Origin: Fidelibacterota bacterium
GTDB taxonomy: Bacteria; Fidelibacterota; Marinisomatia; Marinisomatales; J089
Length of the DNA stretch: 45,060 nt
Direction: 5' to 3'
NCBI GenBank assembly: GCA_003695105.1
Contig: RFIZ01000017.1
Span: forward strand, 1-45,060
Position 1 is the stretch's first letter. Every line of letters starts with the position of its first letter. Both the position numbers and the translations under genes were made by a program. Shown one piece after another: positions 1 through 10,500 of the stretch. The notes beneath the pieces are model-generated. The model was given only the letters and a program-made list of their open reading frames with translations. It did not search any database and had not been told where the DNA came from.

Positions 1-1798
1 GGTCCGTGGATCCGCGATGCACCAGAATGCAATAGCCTTTTTCCCGGCCTCGCCCCACCCGGCCCCGCAATTGATGCAACTGGGTCAGGCCGAAGCGTTC
101 CGCATGTTCGATCAACATCACCGTGGCATTGGGGACATCGATCCCCACCTCGATCACGGTGGTCGCCACCAGCACAGCCACTTCGTTGCGGGCGAAGGCC
201 TCCATGACGGCGTCTTTGTCCGGTTTTTTCATTTTCCCGTGCAGCAAACCTACTGATAAACCCCGAAACACGCCGGACTGTAATTCTTCCCGGGCGGCCA
301 CGGCGGCTTTCAAATCCGATTTTTCCGACTCCTCCACCAGCGGATAGACCACCATGCACTGACGGCCCTTCCGGATTTCTTCCCGCATGAACTGGTAAAC
401 CTTCGGCAGGCGTTCGGCCGGAACGACCCGGGTAACTACCGGTTGCCGATCCCGAGGCAGTTCATCGATGATCGAAACCTCCATATCGCCGTGATAGGTC
501 AGAGCCAATGTTCGGGGAATAGGCGTGGCCGTCATGGCCAATACATGGGGATGATACCCTTTTTCCAGCAGGGTCCCCCGCTGCAACACCCCAAACCGAT
601 GTTGTTCATCGATAATCACCAATCCCAGTCGGGCAAATTCCACATCCTCCTGGATCAGGGCATGGGTTCCCACGATCACCTGCAGTCGTTGGTGACGGAG
701 AGCCTGAAGGATCTTTTCCCGCTCGGCGACGGGCGTCTTCCCCAACAGCAGGGCGCAGGAAATCTGAACCGAATCCAGAAAGGGACGGAAAGTCCGGTAA
801 TGCTGCTGCGCCAAAATTTCGGTGGGAGCCATGACCGCTACCTGGGCGCCGTTTTCCACGGCGATGGCCGCCGCCACCAGGGCCACCACGGTTTTGCCCG
901 ACCCCACATCTCCCTGGAGCAGCCGGTTCATGGGGTTGGGCCGGGCCAGATCCTGGCGGATTTCCCGCAGGACCCTTTTCTGGGCGTCGCTCAACTCAAA
1001 GGGGATCTGACGATATACCTTTCGCACCAGGTCCCCAACCTGATCGAGGGGCCGGGTTGTTTCCTCCCGGACCATGCGACGACGGAGTGCCATCAACAGT
1101 TGGAGGAAAAAATGTTCTTCGAATTTGAAGCGAAAAACCGCCCGGGTGAGTTGATCTTCTCTCTCCGGGAAATGGACCCAACGAAAAGCGTCTTCCCGCG
1201 GCACCAGGTGATAAGCCGCTCGCACGGAAGGGGGAAAGATGTCTGGTGCCGTTTCCGCGGCTTCCAAGATGGTGTGGATGATTTTTCGCAGCGCCCGTTG
1301 TTCCAATCGAACCTGTTTCCAGGCGCCGGTCAGGGGATAGATGGGCAGGATACGCCCGGTGCTGAGAGGATCCTCCTTTTCGTTTAGCTTATCATATTCC
1401 GGGTGGACCAGTTGATAGCCGTTGTAAAACTCCACCTTGCCATAGACCGCCAGACGATCGCCCACTTTCAGACTTTTCTTCACGTAGGGAATGCCCTGGA
1501 ACCACACCAGCTTCAAATTGCCGGTGCCGTCGCTCAACACCGCCTGGTACAGTTTCCGGCGGCGGGTGGGCCGTTCGCCGCAGACTTGCAGTGTACCTAC
1601 CACGGTCGCCACTTCTCCCACCTGGAGGGCCCGGATAGGGGTGATACGGGTTCGATCCAGATATCGACGGGGAAAGTGGGACAGAAGATCTTCTACGGTC
1701 TCGATACCGGCTGCCTGAAACGCCCGGGCCCGGGCGGGACCCACACCGGGGACATACTGAATGGAAGTGGAAAAGGCTAACCCAGAAGCGGCCGTCAA
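1..1798 (-). CDS. recG: ATP-dependent DNA helicase RecG (3' end truncated by the window edge; about 599 codons present)
   Basis: Absent from the ORF track because no stop codon lies in the window. My reverse-complement translation from TTG at 1798 gives LTAASGLAFSTSIQYVPGVGPARARAFQAAGIETVEDLLSHFPRRYLDRT, a typical RecG N-terminus. Walker A LLQGDVGSGKTVVA (first codon at 922-920) and motif VI TQLHQLRGR (from 85) are both in frame with 1798. The TTG start is inferred; there is no in-frame ATG nearby. Confidence 0.9.
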   Translation of the reverse strand, partial: MTAASGLAFSTSIQYVPGVGPARARAFQAAGIETVEDLLSHFPRRYLDRTRITPIRALQVGEVATVVGTLQVCGERPTRRRKLYQAVLSDGTGNLKLVWFQGIPYVKKSLKVGDRLAVYGKVEFYNGYQLVHPEYDKLNEKEDPLSTGRILPIYPLTGAWKQVRLEQRALRKIIHTILEAAETAPDIFPPSVRAAYHLVPREDAFRWVHFPEREDQLTRAVFRFKFEEHFFLQLLMALRRRMVREETTRPLDQVGDLVRKVYRQIPFELSDAQKRVLREIRQDLARPNPMNRLLQGDVGSGKTVVALVAAAIAVENGAQVAVMAPTEILAQQHYRTFRPFLDSVQISCALLLGKTPVAEREKILQALRHQRLQVIVGTHALIQEDVEFARLGLVIIDEQHRFGVLQRGTLLEKGYHPHVLAMTATPIPRTLALTYHGDMEVSIIDELPRDRQPVVTRVVPAERLPKVYQFMREEIRKGRQCMVVYPLVEESEKSDLKAAVAAREELQSGVFRGLSVGLLHGKMKKPDKDAVMEAFARNEVAVLVATTVIEVGIDVPNATVMLIEHAERFGLTQLHQLRGRVGRGREKGYCILVHRGSTD

Positions 1799-1800
1799 AT

Positions 1801-3141
1801 TCAGTTCCAGGACTTCCGGTAGGTATAGGTGATTACCTGAGAAGTGTTGGGCTCCAGCGTGGAAGGAAAGTAGATCGTATTGGCGTCCTGTTTGATGTAC
1901 ATCGCCGATTCGTCCCGAATGACCCAGTTGCCGGTGATGGTTTCTACCACTTTGACCTGGATCGACTCCTCCCGATGATTCGTAATCGTGATCTCGATGC
2001 TGGCTTCGGCACTTTTTCGCTGCTGGCTGTAATTCAAAATCCTGCGCTTCCCGATCACATCGAAGGCCCGGCCGCCTTCCAGTTTGACCGTCTCCCCTTT
2101 GGGCACCGGCCGGAACTGGTCTTCTCCAAGAAATTCCAGCCCCGTTTCCGTTTCCAGAAACAGTTGGATCACTCCGGCCGGAAGCGGCAGGTTGAGATGG
2201 TTCTCGGCGCTATTGTCCAGCTCCAACTCCAGTTTCAGGGGTTCTTCCTTGCTGGACCGTTCCGAACTGGCGAAGACATAGGTCTTTCGATAGGTCACGT
2301 CCCGGGGGGCATACAACGGCACCGACACCAGATCACCCGGCGTCAGGTCGTAGGTCCGGTCCAGGCGATAGATGTGAAAATCACCCAGAGATTTTTCGGC
2401 GGGATAGCCGGCACTTTCCACGTCCAGCGCTTTGGCCCGCATCCCCATGGGCTGGGGCTGGACCGGAGGGGAGGTAGGACGCTGCAGCTTCCCCTCTACC
2501 AACTGAAGATGGGTGCCCGGATACGTCGCTTGAGAATGGTTGGCCACCTGAGCATCTACCTCCAGACGGGCAGCGGTTCCGCTGCTTTCCATCAGGAGGC
2601 GGTAGTTCGCCTTCCACTCGAAACCACTGGAAAAATACAACAATGTTCCCCGGACCGTATCCTCCGCGGCGGACTGCAGGTGCCAGATCAATTCCGGAGA
2701 AGTGGGATGGGCGGTGACGGTGCCATCAGTCAGGATGTAATCGATTTTGTCCCGGGTAATGACCCGAATTTCTTCTTTTTCCTGTAGGGTGATCGAAGCT
2801 GCACCCACCTCCACCAAACGACCGGTATGTGATTTTTCATTGGTGATCCGGACTTCCACCTCCTGGCCGATCAGATGTTCCAGGCGGGTCCATCCCTGAG
2901 ATCGATCCCGTTTGAGTGTCTGGTCCAGAACGCGACCGTTGGTCAACTGTAAAAAGGGTGAAGTATCCAAAATTCCAGATGGGAGATTTCCCAGACGGAC
3001 TGTATTTCCAGGGGTGGGAAATGCCCATTTTACATCCGATTTGACCAGGGCATAGCCGTCTTTGTAAATCGTCATCACCACCCCGGGGTGGGATTGGGCT
3101 CCCAGGAAGGCGCCCAACAGAAAAAGGAGAACAGCTCTCAT
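1801..3141 (-). CDS. Secreted hypothetical protein, DUF4139/DUF4140-like (MuiA-type family); function unknown
   Basis: 446-aa ORF with signal peptide MRAVLLFLLGAFLGAQS. The N-terminal pattern (TIYKDGYALVKSDV...VRLGNLPSGILDTSPFLQL) resembles the DUF4140/DUF4139 architecture from memory. Its start overlaps the valS stop by 4 nt (ATGA). Confidence 0.45.
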   Translation of the reverse strand: MRAVLLFLLGAFLGAQSHPGVVMTIYKDGYALVKSDVKWAFPTPGNTVRLGNLPSGILDTSPFLQLTNGRVLDQTLKRDRSQGWTRLEHLIGQEVEVRITNEKSHTGRLVEVGAASITLQEKEEIRVITRDKIDYILTDGTVTAHPTSPELIWHLQSAAEDTVRGTLLYFSSGFEWKANYRLLMESSGTAARLEVDAQVANHSQATYPGTHLQLVEGKLQRPTSPPVQPQPMGMRAKALDVESAGYPAEKSLGDFHIYRLDRTYDLTPGDLVSVPLYAPRDVTYRKTYVFASSERSSKEEPLKLELELDNSAENHLNLPLPAGVIQLFLETETGLEFLGEDQFRPVPKGETVKLEGGRAFDVIGKRRILNYSQQRKSAEASIEITITNHREESIQVKVVETITGNWVIRDESAMYIKQDANTIYFPSTLEPNTSQVITYTYRKSWN

Positions 3142-5759
3142 TCCAACAGCTCCAGATTGTGGGCGAGTTTACTCAATTCCTCGGTCATTTCGGTCAATTT
3201 TTGTCTTTCTTTCGCCACCACCGCTTCCGGCGCCCGGGTCAGGAACTGATCATTGTCCAGTTTCCGCCGCAGGGATTGGACATGCCCCTCCAGCTCCCGT
3301 TTCCGTTTTTCCAGCCGCTTCTTTTCCACGGCGATATCGATCAAACCTTCCAGCGGGAGAAACAATTCCATGCCCTGAACCACCGCCGTGGCGGCCTGAG
3401 GGGGACGTTCCATCTGGGGATCCATGGCGACGCCGTCCACGCTGCCCAGAAACCGGATCATGTCCAATTGTCCCTCTAACAGAGCAATCTGGGATGCATT
3501 CGCCCGAATCGCCAGCCGGCCTTTCTTCTGGGGAGGCACATTCATCTGACCCCGGATGGTACGGATGGAAGTGATCGTTTCCTGGATCAGCGCCAGGTCC
3601 CGTTCCCCCTGATCATCCACCCGGGAAGGATCCACCTGCGGCCAGGGAGCCACGATCAGATCGGGTTCATCGGGTTGTTTCAGATGACTCCACAATTCTT
3701 CGGTAATGAAGGGGGCATAGGGATGCAGCAGAGCCGCGATTCCCCGGAGGACGACCACGGCCACTTTCCGGGCTGTTTCGGCGGCGGAGCTGTCAGGATC
3801 CCGGAAGCGCGTCTTGGCGATTTCCACATACCAGTCACAGAAGTCATTCCAGGTGAACTCATAAATCACCTTGGCCCCTTCATTGAAATGGAACCGCTCC
3901 AGGTTCCGGTTCAGGCGTTGAATCGCCCGCTGGAACCGGCTGAGAATCCAGCGTTCCGGCAGATCCAATTCCTCCGACGGCGGCAGGTCCAGGGGCCAGG
4001 GAAGGCCGTCCGGAAGATTCATGAGCACGAACCGGGAGGCGTTCCAGAGTTTGTTCATGAAATTCCGGCCCACTTCCAGCCGGGAATGGGTGAACAAGAC
4101 ATCCAGTCCCTGGGGCGCCATGAGCATGATGCCGAACCGGACTGCATCGGTCCCATACTGGTCGAACAGGTCGAACGGATTGGGTGAATTGCCCAGGGAT
4201 TTGCTGAATTTTCGCCCCTGTTCGTCCCGCAGGATCGATGTGAAATACACATCCCGGAAGGGAATGTCCTGCCGGAATTCCAGCCCGGCCATGATCATTC
4301 GCGCCACCCAGAAAAAGATGATATCCGGTCCGGTCACCAGGGTGTCGGTGGGGTAAAAATAACTCAAATCGTCCGATTCCTCCGGCCAATCATGGACACC
4401 CAGCGGCCACAGCCAGGAACTGGCCCACGTATCCAGGACATCCGGATCCTGCTCCCAGCCTTCGCCTACCGGCGGTTCCACGCCGCAGTACACCTCCTCC
4501 CCGCGATACCAGACCGGGATGCGGTGCCCCCACCAGAGCTGACGGCTGATGCACCAGTCTCGGATATTCTCCATCCAGTGGTTGAAGGTCTTGACCCAAT
4601 GGTCGGGATGAAATCGAATCCGGCCCGAATTGACCGCCTCCAGCGCCGGGCGGGCCAGCTCTTCCATCCGAAGAAACCATTGTTCGGTAAAATAATATTC
4701 GATGGGGACCTGACCCCGTTCCGAAAATCCGACCTTGTGGGTATAATCTTCGATTTTCAGGATCCGTCCTTCCCGCTGCAGGTCTTCCACCACCTGCTTC
4801 CGGGCCTCTTCCCGGCTCAAGCCCCGATAGGGCTCGGGCACATTGTCATTCAAGGTGGCATCTTCATTCAGGATCTGGACGAATTCAAGGTCATGGGTTT
4901 CGCCCATGGCAAAATCATTGGGATCGTGGGCCGGTGTCACTTTGACACAACCGGTCCCGAATTCGGGATCCACAAAGGAATCGGCGATCACCGGTATCAG
5001 CCGACCCACCAGCGGGAGCCGTACCGTTTTCCCCACCAGGTGCCGAAAGCGATCGTCGTCCGGATGTACGGCAATGGCCGTATCGCCCAGCATGGTTTCC
5101 GGACGGGTGGTGGCCACAGTGACCTTTTCCTCCGAATCCACCACGTCATACTGGAGATACCAGAGATGGCCCTGAACTTCCCGGTGAATCACCTCTTCGT
5201 CACTGATGGCAGACCGGGAAACGGGACACCAGTTCACCAGCCGGTGGCCCCGGTAAATCCACCCTTTGTGGTACAGGCGGACAAAGGCTTCCAGGACGGC
5301 CCGGCTGTAACCCGGATCCATGGTAAACCGTTCCCGGTCCCAGTCACAGGAGCACCCCAGTTTCTTGAGCTGGCTGATGATGATGCCGCCGTATTTTTCT
5401 TTCCATTCCCAGGCATGCTTCAGGAATTCTTCCCGGGACAAATCCTCTTTGGCAATGCCCTGTTCCGCCAGCATTTTTACCACTTTGGCTTCGGTGGCAA
5501 TGGAGGCGTGATCCGTGCCCGGAATCCAGCAGGCTTCTTTTCCTTCCATGCGGGCCTTCCGGATCAGGATGTCCTGGATGGTATTATTCAGGACGTGCCC
5601 CATGGTCAGCATTCCGGTGACATTGGGAGGAGGAATCACAATGGTATAGGGAGTCTTGTGTGGATTGGGCCGGGCGGAGAAATAGCCCTTTTCCAGCCAG
5701 GTGGCGTACCAGCGGTCTTCAATCTGAGCCGGTCGATATACTTTTTCTAACTCGGGCAT
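3138..5759 (-). CDS. valS: Valine--tRNA ligase
   Basis: 873 aa. HIGH-type motif PPPNVTGMLTMGHVLN, KMSKS-type motif KFSKSLGN and a C-terminal coiled-coil tail. Length and N-terminus (YRPAQIEDRWYATWLEKGYF) are typical of bacterial ValRS. Confidence 0.95.
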   Translation of the reverse strand: MPELEKVYRPAQIEDRWYATWLEKGYFSARPNPHKTPYTIVIPPPNVTGMLTMGHVLNNTIQDILIRKARMEGKEACWIPGTDHASIATEAKVVKMLAEQGIAKEDLSREEFLKHAWEWKEKYGGIIISQLKKLGCSCDWDRERFTMDPGYSRAVLEAFVRLYHKGWIYRGHRLVNWCPVSRSAISDEEVIHREVQGHLWYLQYDVVDSEEKVTVATTRPETMLGDTAIAVHPDDDRFRHLVGKTVRLPLVGRLIPVIADSFVDPEFGTGCVKVTPAHDPNDFAMGETHDLEFVQILNEDATLNDNVPEPYRGLSREEARKQVVEDLQREGRILKIEDYTHKVGFSERGQVPIEYYFTEQWFLRMEELARPALEAVNSGRIRFHPDHWVKTFNHWMENIRDWCISRQLWWGHRIPVWYRGEEVYCGVEPPVGEGWEQDPDVLDTWASSWLWPLGVHDWPEESDDLSYFYPTDTLVTGPDIIFFWVARMIMAGLEFRQDIPFRDVYFTSILRDEQGRKFSKSLGNSPNPFDLFDQYGTDAVRFGIMLMAPQGLDVLFTHSRLEVGRNFMNKLWNASRFVLMNLPDGLPWPLDLPPSEELDLPERWILSRFQRAIQRLNRNLERFHFNEGAKVIYEFTWNDFCDWYVEIAKTRFRDPDSSAAETARKVAVVVLRGIAALLHPYAPFITEELWSHLKQPDEPDLIVAPWPQVDPSRVDDQGERDLALIQETITSIRTIRGQMNVPPQKKGRLAIRANASQIALLEGQLDMIRFLGSVDGVAMDPQMERPPQAATAVVQGMELFLPLEGLIDIAVEKKRLEKRKRELEGHVQSLRRKLDNDQFLTRAPEAVVAKERQKLTEMTEELSKLAHNLELLE

Positions 5760-5789
5760 GCGTCTTTCCGTAGTACAGGGTTTCTGGTA

Positions 5790-6293
5790 TCAGCGTTCCA
5801 GGGCCAGGCTGAAGGCGGTGGTCAATTTCAGAACATTCTGATTGGCCTTCACCAGATTGGTGCACAGAATCTGACACAGGTTCTGCATCACCTTATAGCC
5901 CAGGTCCGGATGGGCATCACAGATGGCAAACAAATCTTTTTTCATCAGTTTGGCCAGGGAACACTCCGTGATCGCCCGGACGGTGGCGGTGCGGCGATCA
6001 TTTTCATTGAACAGGGACATTTCGCCAAACAGCGGCCGGAGATCACTGGACAACTTGATGATGGCTTTCTCCCGGGTATCCCCTCCCGATTTGGACAGGG
6101 GCAGGGTCAGATTCTGAGTGATTTCCACCGTCCCGTTCAATAACAGGTAAATGGAATCACCCACGTCGCCTTCCTTGATGAATTCCGTGCCTTCCGGTAC
6201 CGTAATCTCTTTGAATGATCCTTGAAACAGGTGCAATTCTTCTTCCGTCAAATGGGCGAAAATGGAATATTTTTCCAGACGTTTTACATCCAT
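5790..6293 (-). CDS. Stand-alone cyclic-nucleotide-binding domain protein (no DNA-binding domain recognised)
   Basis: cNMP-binding fold motifs: GDVGDSIYLLLNGTVEI and phosphate-binding cassette FGEMSLFNENDRRTATVRA. I prefer the start at M19 (ATG 6293-6291). It removes a 47-nt overlap with the channel gene and has GAGG 7 nt upstream. Confidence 0.8.
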   Translation of the reverse strand: MDVKRLEKYSIFAHLTEEELHLFQGSFKEITVPEGTEFIKEGDVGDSIYLLLNGTVEITQNLTLPLSKSGGDTREKAIIKLSSDLRPLFGEMSLFNENDRRTATVRAITECSLAKLMKKDLFAICDAHPDLGYKVMQNLCQILCTNLVKANQNVLKLTTAFSLALER

Positions 6294-6300
6294 ACCGACC

Positions 6301-7425
6301 TCATGGGATGACGATGGCGCGTTCGTTTTCCTGGATGATGTATTCATCCGGAGGATTGATTACCGTGCGGACTTTGCTCTCTTCCTGGAGTGAGATTCCG
6401 CCTTCCTTCAATTTCCGTTCGATGAACGCATCCAGAGCTGACGTGTCCGCCGAAAGAATTTCACCGATCCCCAGGCTTTCATCTTCCGAAAAGACCCCCA
6501 CCAGCACCCAGTGTTTCTTACGGCGGAAATAATCGAATAATTCATCGTAGGATTTGCCGACGAACTCCTTGGGGATGGACACCCGCAGAAAACGGTTTTG
6601 GGTCCGGTTGTTCAACAGGGCATTCAGGGTTTGAGGAACACCCGGACTGACCACATGGGAGGCCACCAGAAAGGCGCCGAAATCATCGCTCATGACCACT
6701 TCGTCCACATTCGCCCGCCGGATATGTTTCAGGTTTTCCCGGTCGATCATATAGGCGATGACCCGAACCTTGGGCGCCAGGGACTTGATGGTCAGGGTGG
6801 CGAAAATGGTCTTTTCATCCGGACTCACAACGCCGGGATCCGTCTGGTTGGGAATGACGACCACCGTATCGGCCCGTTCCAGGGAAGCCCGTTCCAGAAT
6901 CCTTTCACTGGTGAAATCACCGGCCACGTAATGGAGCCGCAGGTTGCGAAACTTGTTCTTGAGGCTGTTGATCTCATCCTCCGACAGGTCATTCACCAGG
7001 ACAATGTCACGGGGACGATCTCCCAGCAGGAACTGGATGGAATCCAGGATCTGTTCCCCGTTCCGGTTCCAGCCGCAGAGAATGATGTGATCTTTAATGT
7101 CCACTTTTTCCAAGCCCTTCCCCTCCCGGATTTTTTTCGCCACAAAAATGGAGGAAATCGATGCTGTCAACAGTGAAACCAGGGAAATGCCGGCGAACAT
7201 GACGAACACGGCAAAGATCCTTCCCTGGGGAGACTGGGGAACGTAATCCCCGTACCCGACGGTGGTCATGGTGACAATCGCCCACCAGAAGGGGGTTTCG
7301 CCCTGGGTGATTTCTCCCGTCTCGAACAGTTTCAGAATCCAGCCTCCGAGAAACATCACCAGCAGGAGTCCCATGCCCACCTGAAAAAAGGTATTGCGTA
7401 TGACAGCTCGAAACCAGTACTGCAT
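6301..7425 (-). CDS. Two-TM potassium channel with cytoplasmic RCK/TrkA-N and TrkA-C domains (MthK-like)
   Basis: K+ selectivity filter TMTTVGYGDYVP flanked by two hydrophobic helices. Followed by a Rossmann-type RCK start (HIILCGWNRNGEQIL) and a TrkA-C-like tail. Confidence 0.88.
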   Translation of the reverse strand: MQYWFRAVIRNTFFQVGMGLLLVMFLGGWILKLFETGEITQGETPFWWAIVTMTTVGYGDYVPQSPQGRIFAVFVMFAGISLVSLLTASISSIFVAKKIREGKGLEKVDIKDHIILCGWNRNGEQILDSIQFLLGDRPRDIVLVNDLSEDEINSLKNKFRNLRLHYVAGDFTSERILERASLERADTVVVIPNQTDPGVVSPDEKTIFATLTIKSLAPKVRVIAYMIDRENLKHIRRANVDEVVMSDDFGAFLVASHVVSPGVPQTLNALLNNRTQNRFLRVSIPKEFVGKSYDELFDYFRRKKHWVLVGVFSEDESLGIGEILSADTSALDAFIERKLKEGGISLQEESKVRTVINPPDEYIIQENERAIVIP

Positions 7426-7585
7426 CGGGCAAAATTACCGCTTTAGCGAGGGAAAAACTACGATGGAGTTCCCCGGCCGTACGTAGAGGGCTCTGGCTGC
7501 GGTTTCCCTGTTTTCAGGGTCATCGGAACAGGTGCGCCATTCCCCGGGGATAACGTAAATTGCCTTGTCATTCGGTGTTCATTTT

Positions 7586-10500
7586 ATGACTGAGGGGAAA
7601 GTAGTTGGACTGTTGTGTCTGGTGAGTGCCACCTGCCTGTTTTCCCAACACCCGGGTCCCAGGGCAGCCGTGCACTGGAAACGAAGCGACACCCAATTGA
7701 CGGTCGAAGTGAACCTGGATACGGTCTGGCTGACTCCTGATCAGCAGCTCCGCTGTCGTCCCCGCCTTCCCTCGCTACTGCCCCGGACCCGTCCCGCTTT
7801 GCCCTGTGTCCGGGAAGCCTTTCCCCGCCTGACCTCCTCCACCCGACTGCATGTGTTTCCGGGACCGGTACACCGGATTCCCTGGAACCGGAGCACCGGT
7901 GTCCGCAGCGAAGTGGCCAAGGGCCTGAACCTGACCCGGACATCCGACCGGGTTTCTCCGCCTTCAAAATGGGCGACCTGGCAGCCGGCGGTGAATACGG
8001 ACGGGTACGTGTTGGAGGTGCACCCCATCCGGTTCACGGCCCGCGGATGGGAATGGACGCCCACGCTGACGGTCATCCTGACCCAGCCGGCGCACGATTC
8101 GACGGCCTTCCTCTCCCTGTCCCGGCAGCGGCTTTCGTCTCTGTGGCCGCACGCGGCGGGCAGTCGCCAAGTTGAAACCCAGATACCGGCCGTCCAGTTT
8201 GCCTCTCCCCTGGTACGGATCGACATCGATTCGGAGGGCTGGTTCGAGATTCCGGCGGAAAGCCTGGCCGATTCCGGGTTCGCTCTGACCGCCATTGATC
8301 CCGCCACCTTTCAACTCTGGGAACAAAACCGGGAAGTGCCTCTCTGGGTGGAATGCGCCACACCCGGCGAATTCCAGGCGGGCGACCGCATCCTCTTTCA
8401 CGGCCGGTTGCCCCGCCCGCCGGTCTATGCCACCTATCGCCACCCATTCTATACATCTACCAATCACTACTGGCTCACCTGGGGCGGAGCTCCCGGGATA
8501 CGGTACGCCACGGAAAGCGGCTATCCCAACCTGCCGCCGGATCAGGTTTTGGAGGAGGACAGTTTTTTGGATACGCTTCATTGGGAGCAGGATGACGTGT
8601 TCGCCCGCCTGGGATCCCGGCACCTGCACCAGGAGTGGGACCGCTTCGATCATTTTTTCATAGACCCGCCGATTCAGGGAGGAACCGCAGTGGATTTTAC
8701 GCTCCCCGTTCCCGCTCCCAGCCCGTCTTCGACCCATCCGGTCTCTGTTCAGGCAGAATTTCAGGGCATCACTTCCGTTACTCATGATTTGCAATTGACG
8801 CTGAACCACGTGATCCTGGGATCCGACCGCTGGATAGGACAGGAAACGCTTTTATTCAGCACCGATGCTCGTCCGCCCCTGACCGGTGACCTCCTGGTTC
8901 CGGGAGATAACATACTCACCGTGTATCTGGCCGGATCCTCTCCTAATAACCGCTACGACCAGGTCTATCTGAACTGGGTGGATATTTGCTACTACCATCA
9001 GTTCCAGACAGAGAACAACACCCTGCGCTTCCGGCGCAACAGTACCCTGGCGCTGACAAACCAGTTCACGATTTCCGGCCTGACGTCTCCGGAAGTCTAT
9101 CTCTTCAAGGAAGGCCAGTCCCGCATTACTGATTTTCAACTGCTTCCGGATGGGAATACCTTTCAGATCCGTTTCCAGGATTTCACCGGCTCGGAACGAC
9201 CCGTCTACACGCTGTTCACCTCCGACCAGATTCGGCCGGTGCTTCATCTGCAACCCGTGGATCCGCTGCAACCCCCTGCCCAGGGAGTCCATTCGTCTTA
9301 CCTTATTTTGGCTCCCGACTCCTTTCGCACGGTTCTGGAACCCCTGGCAGCCTTTCACCAGGCTCAAATACTGTCCCCGAATGACATTTACCGGGCCTAT
9401 TCCGGTGGTGTGATCGATCCTCATGCTCTGAAAACTTTTTTCCGGGAGGTGGCTGCCCGGGGATCTCCACCGCTCCGCTATGTCCTCCTGGCCCAACAAG
9501 GGCGCTGGTTCGGCTGGGAGCATCCCTCCGGTCCGGACCGGGGGTTCATCCCGGCTATGAAAATGCAGACCTATGGTTTTGGGGCCGTAGCTTCTGACGC
9601 CTGGTATACTTTGCTGGATGAGGATCTGATTCCGGATTTTGCCATCGGGCGGTTTCCGGCGGCCACCCGGGAAGACCTGGAGGCAATGGTGGCCAAAACC
9701 CTGGCCGACCTGGACGGTCCCCTCACCAGCGCCCACAACCGCCTCCTGATGATCGGCGGCTATGAGCACACCTTCAAAGAGCAGACAGAAGCCCTGATTC
9801 CCGCCATCGTGGATCGGGGCTATTTCCCGCGACGATTGTACATCGACCGCTATTCGGAAGGCGGACCTTTTTTCGGGAATACCGATACCCTGATTCAGTC
9901 CGTAAACCGGGGACTATGGTACATCAATTTCCTGGGACATGGCGGCGGGGCCGTCTGGGGAGATCGATCGCTGTTGACTCTGGATGATATCGACGGTTTC
10001 CACAATTCTGTGTATCCGTTCGTCACCAGCATGACCTGCTTCACCGGTGATGTGACCAACCCCGACGCGCTGGGTCGCCGTCTCATGGAGCGGTCCGGCA
10101 GCGGAGTTGCGGCCTGGTTCGGCAGCGCCGGCGTGGGCTGGATCATTAACGACTATCTGCTGCTGGAACCATTGCATCACCATCTGTTCTCCGCTGAAAG
10201 CTGGACTCTGGGTGAGCTCATCAATCAGGCCAAGGTGGAAAACCTGGCCACCAACACCGGCTTTCCGACCCTCGCCATCACCCAACTGTACCAGTTCAAT
10301 CTCACCGGTGACCCGGCTCTGCCCATTCGTTCTCCCGGCACCGGGACTCTCACTCCCCATCCGGTGGAGGCCGAACCCGGAACAGAAATCATCCTCACCG
10401 GCTTTCCTCCGGGAAGTGATTCCCTGGACATTCACCTCCTGGATCAAAATTATCTTCCCCGGGCCGAAGTCCGGGGACCGTCCCTGACTATCCCCGACGA

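Noticed and set aside
7426-7585. A sigma-54-like TGGC at 7493-7496 (TGGCTGCGGTTTCCC) upstream of the PorU-like gene, and a small hairpin CCCTG-TTTT-CAGGG (7506-7519).
   Set aside because: There is no TTGC at the required -12 spacing. The hairpin has only 5 bp. Neither is distinguishable from chance.
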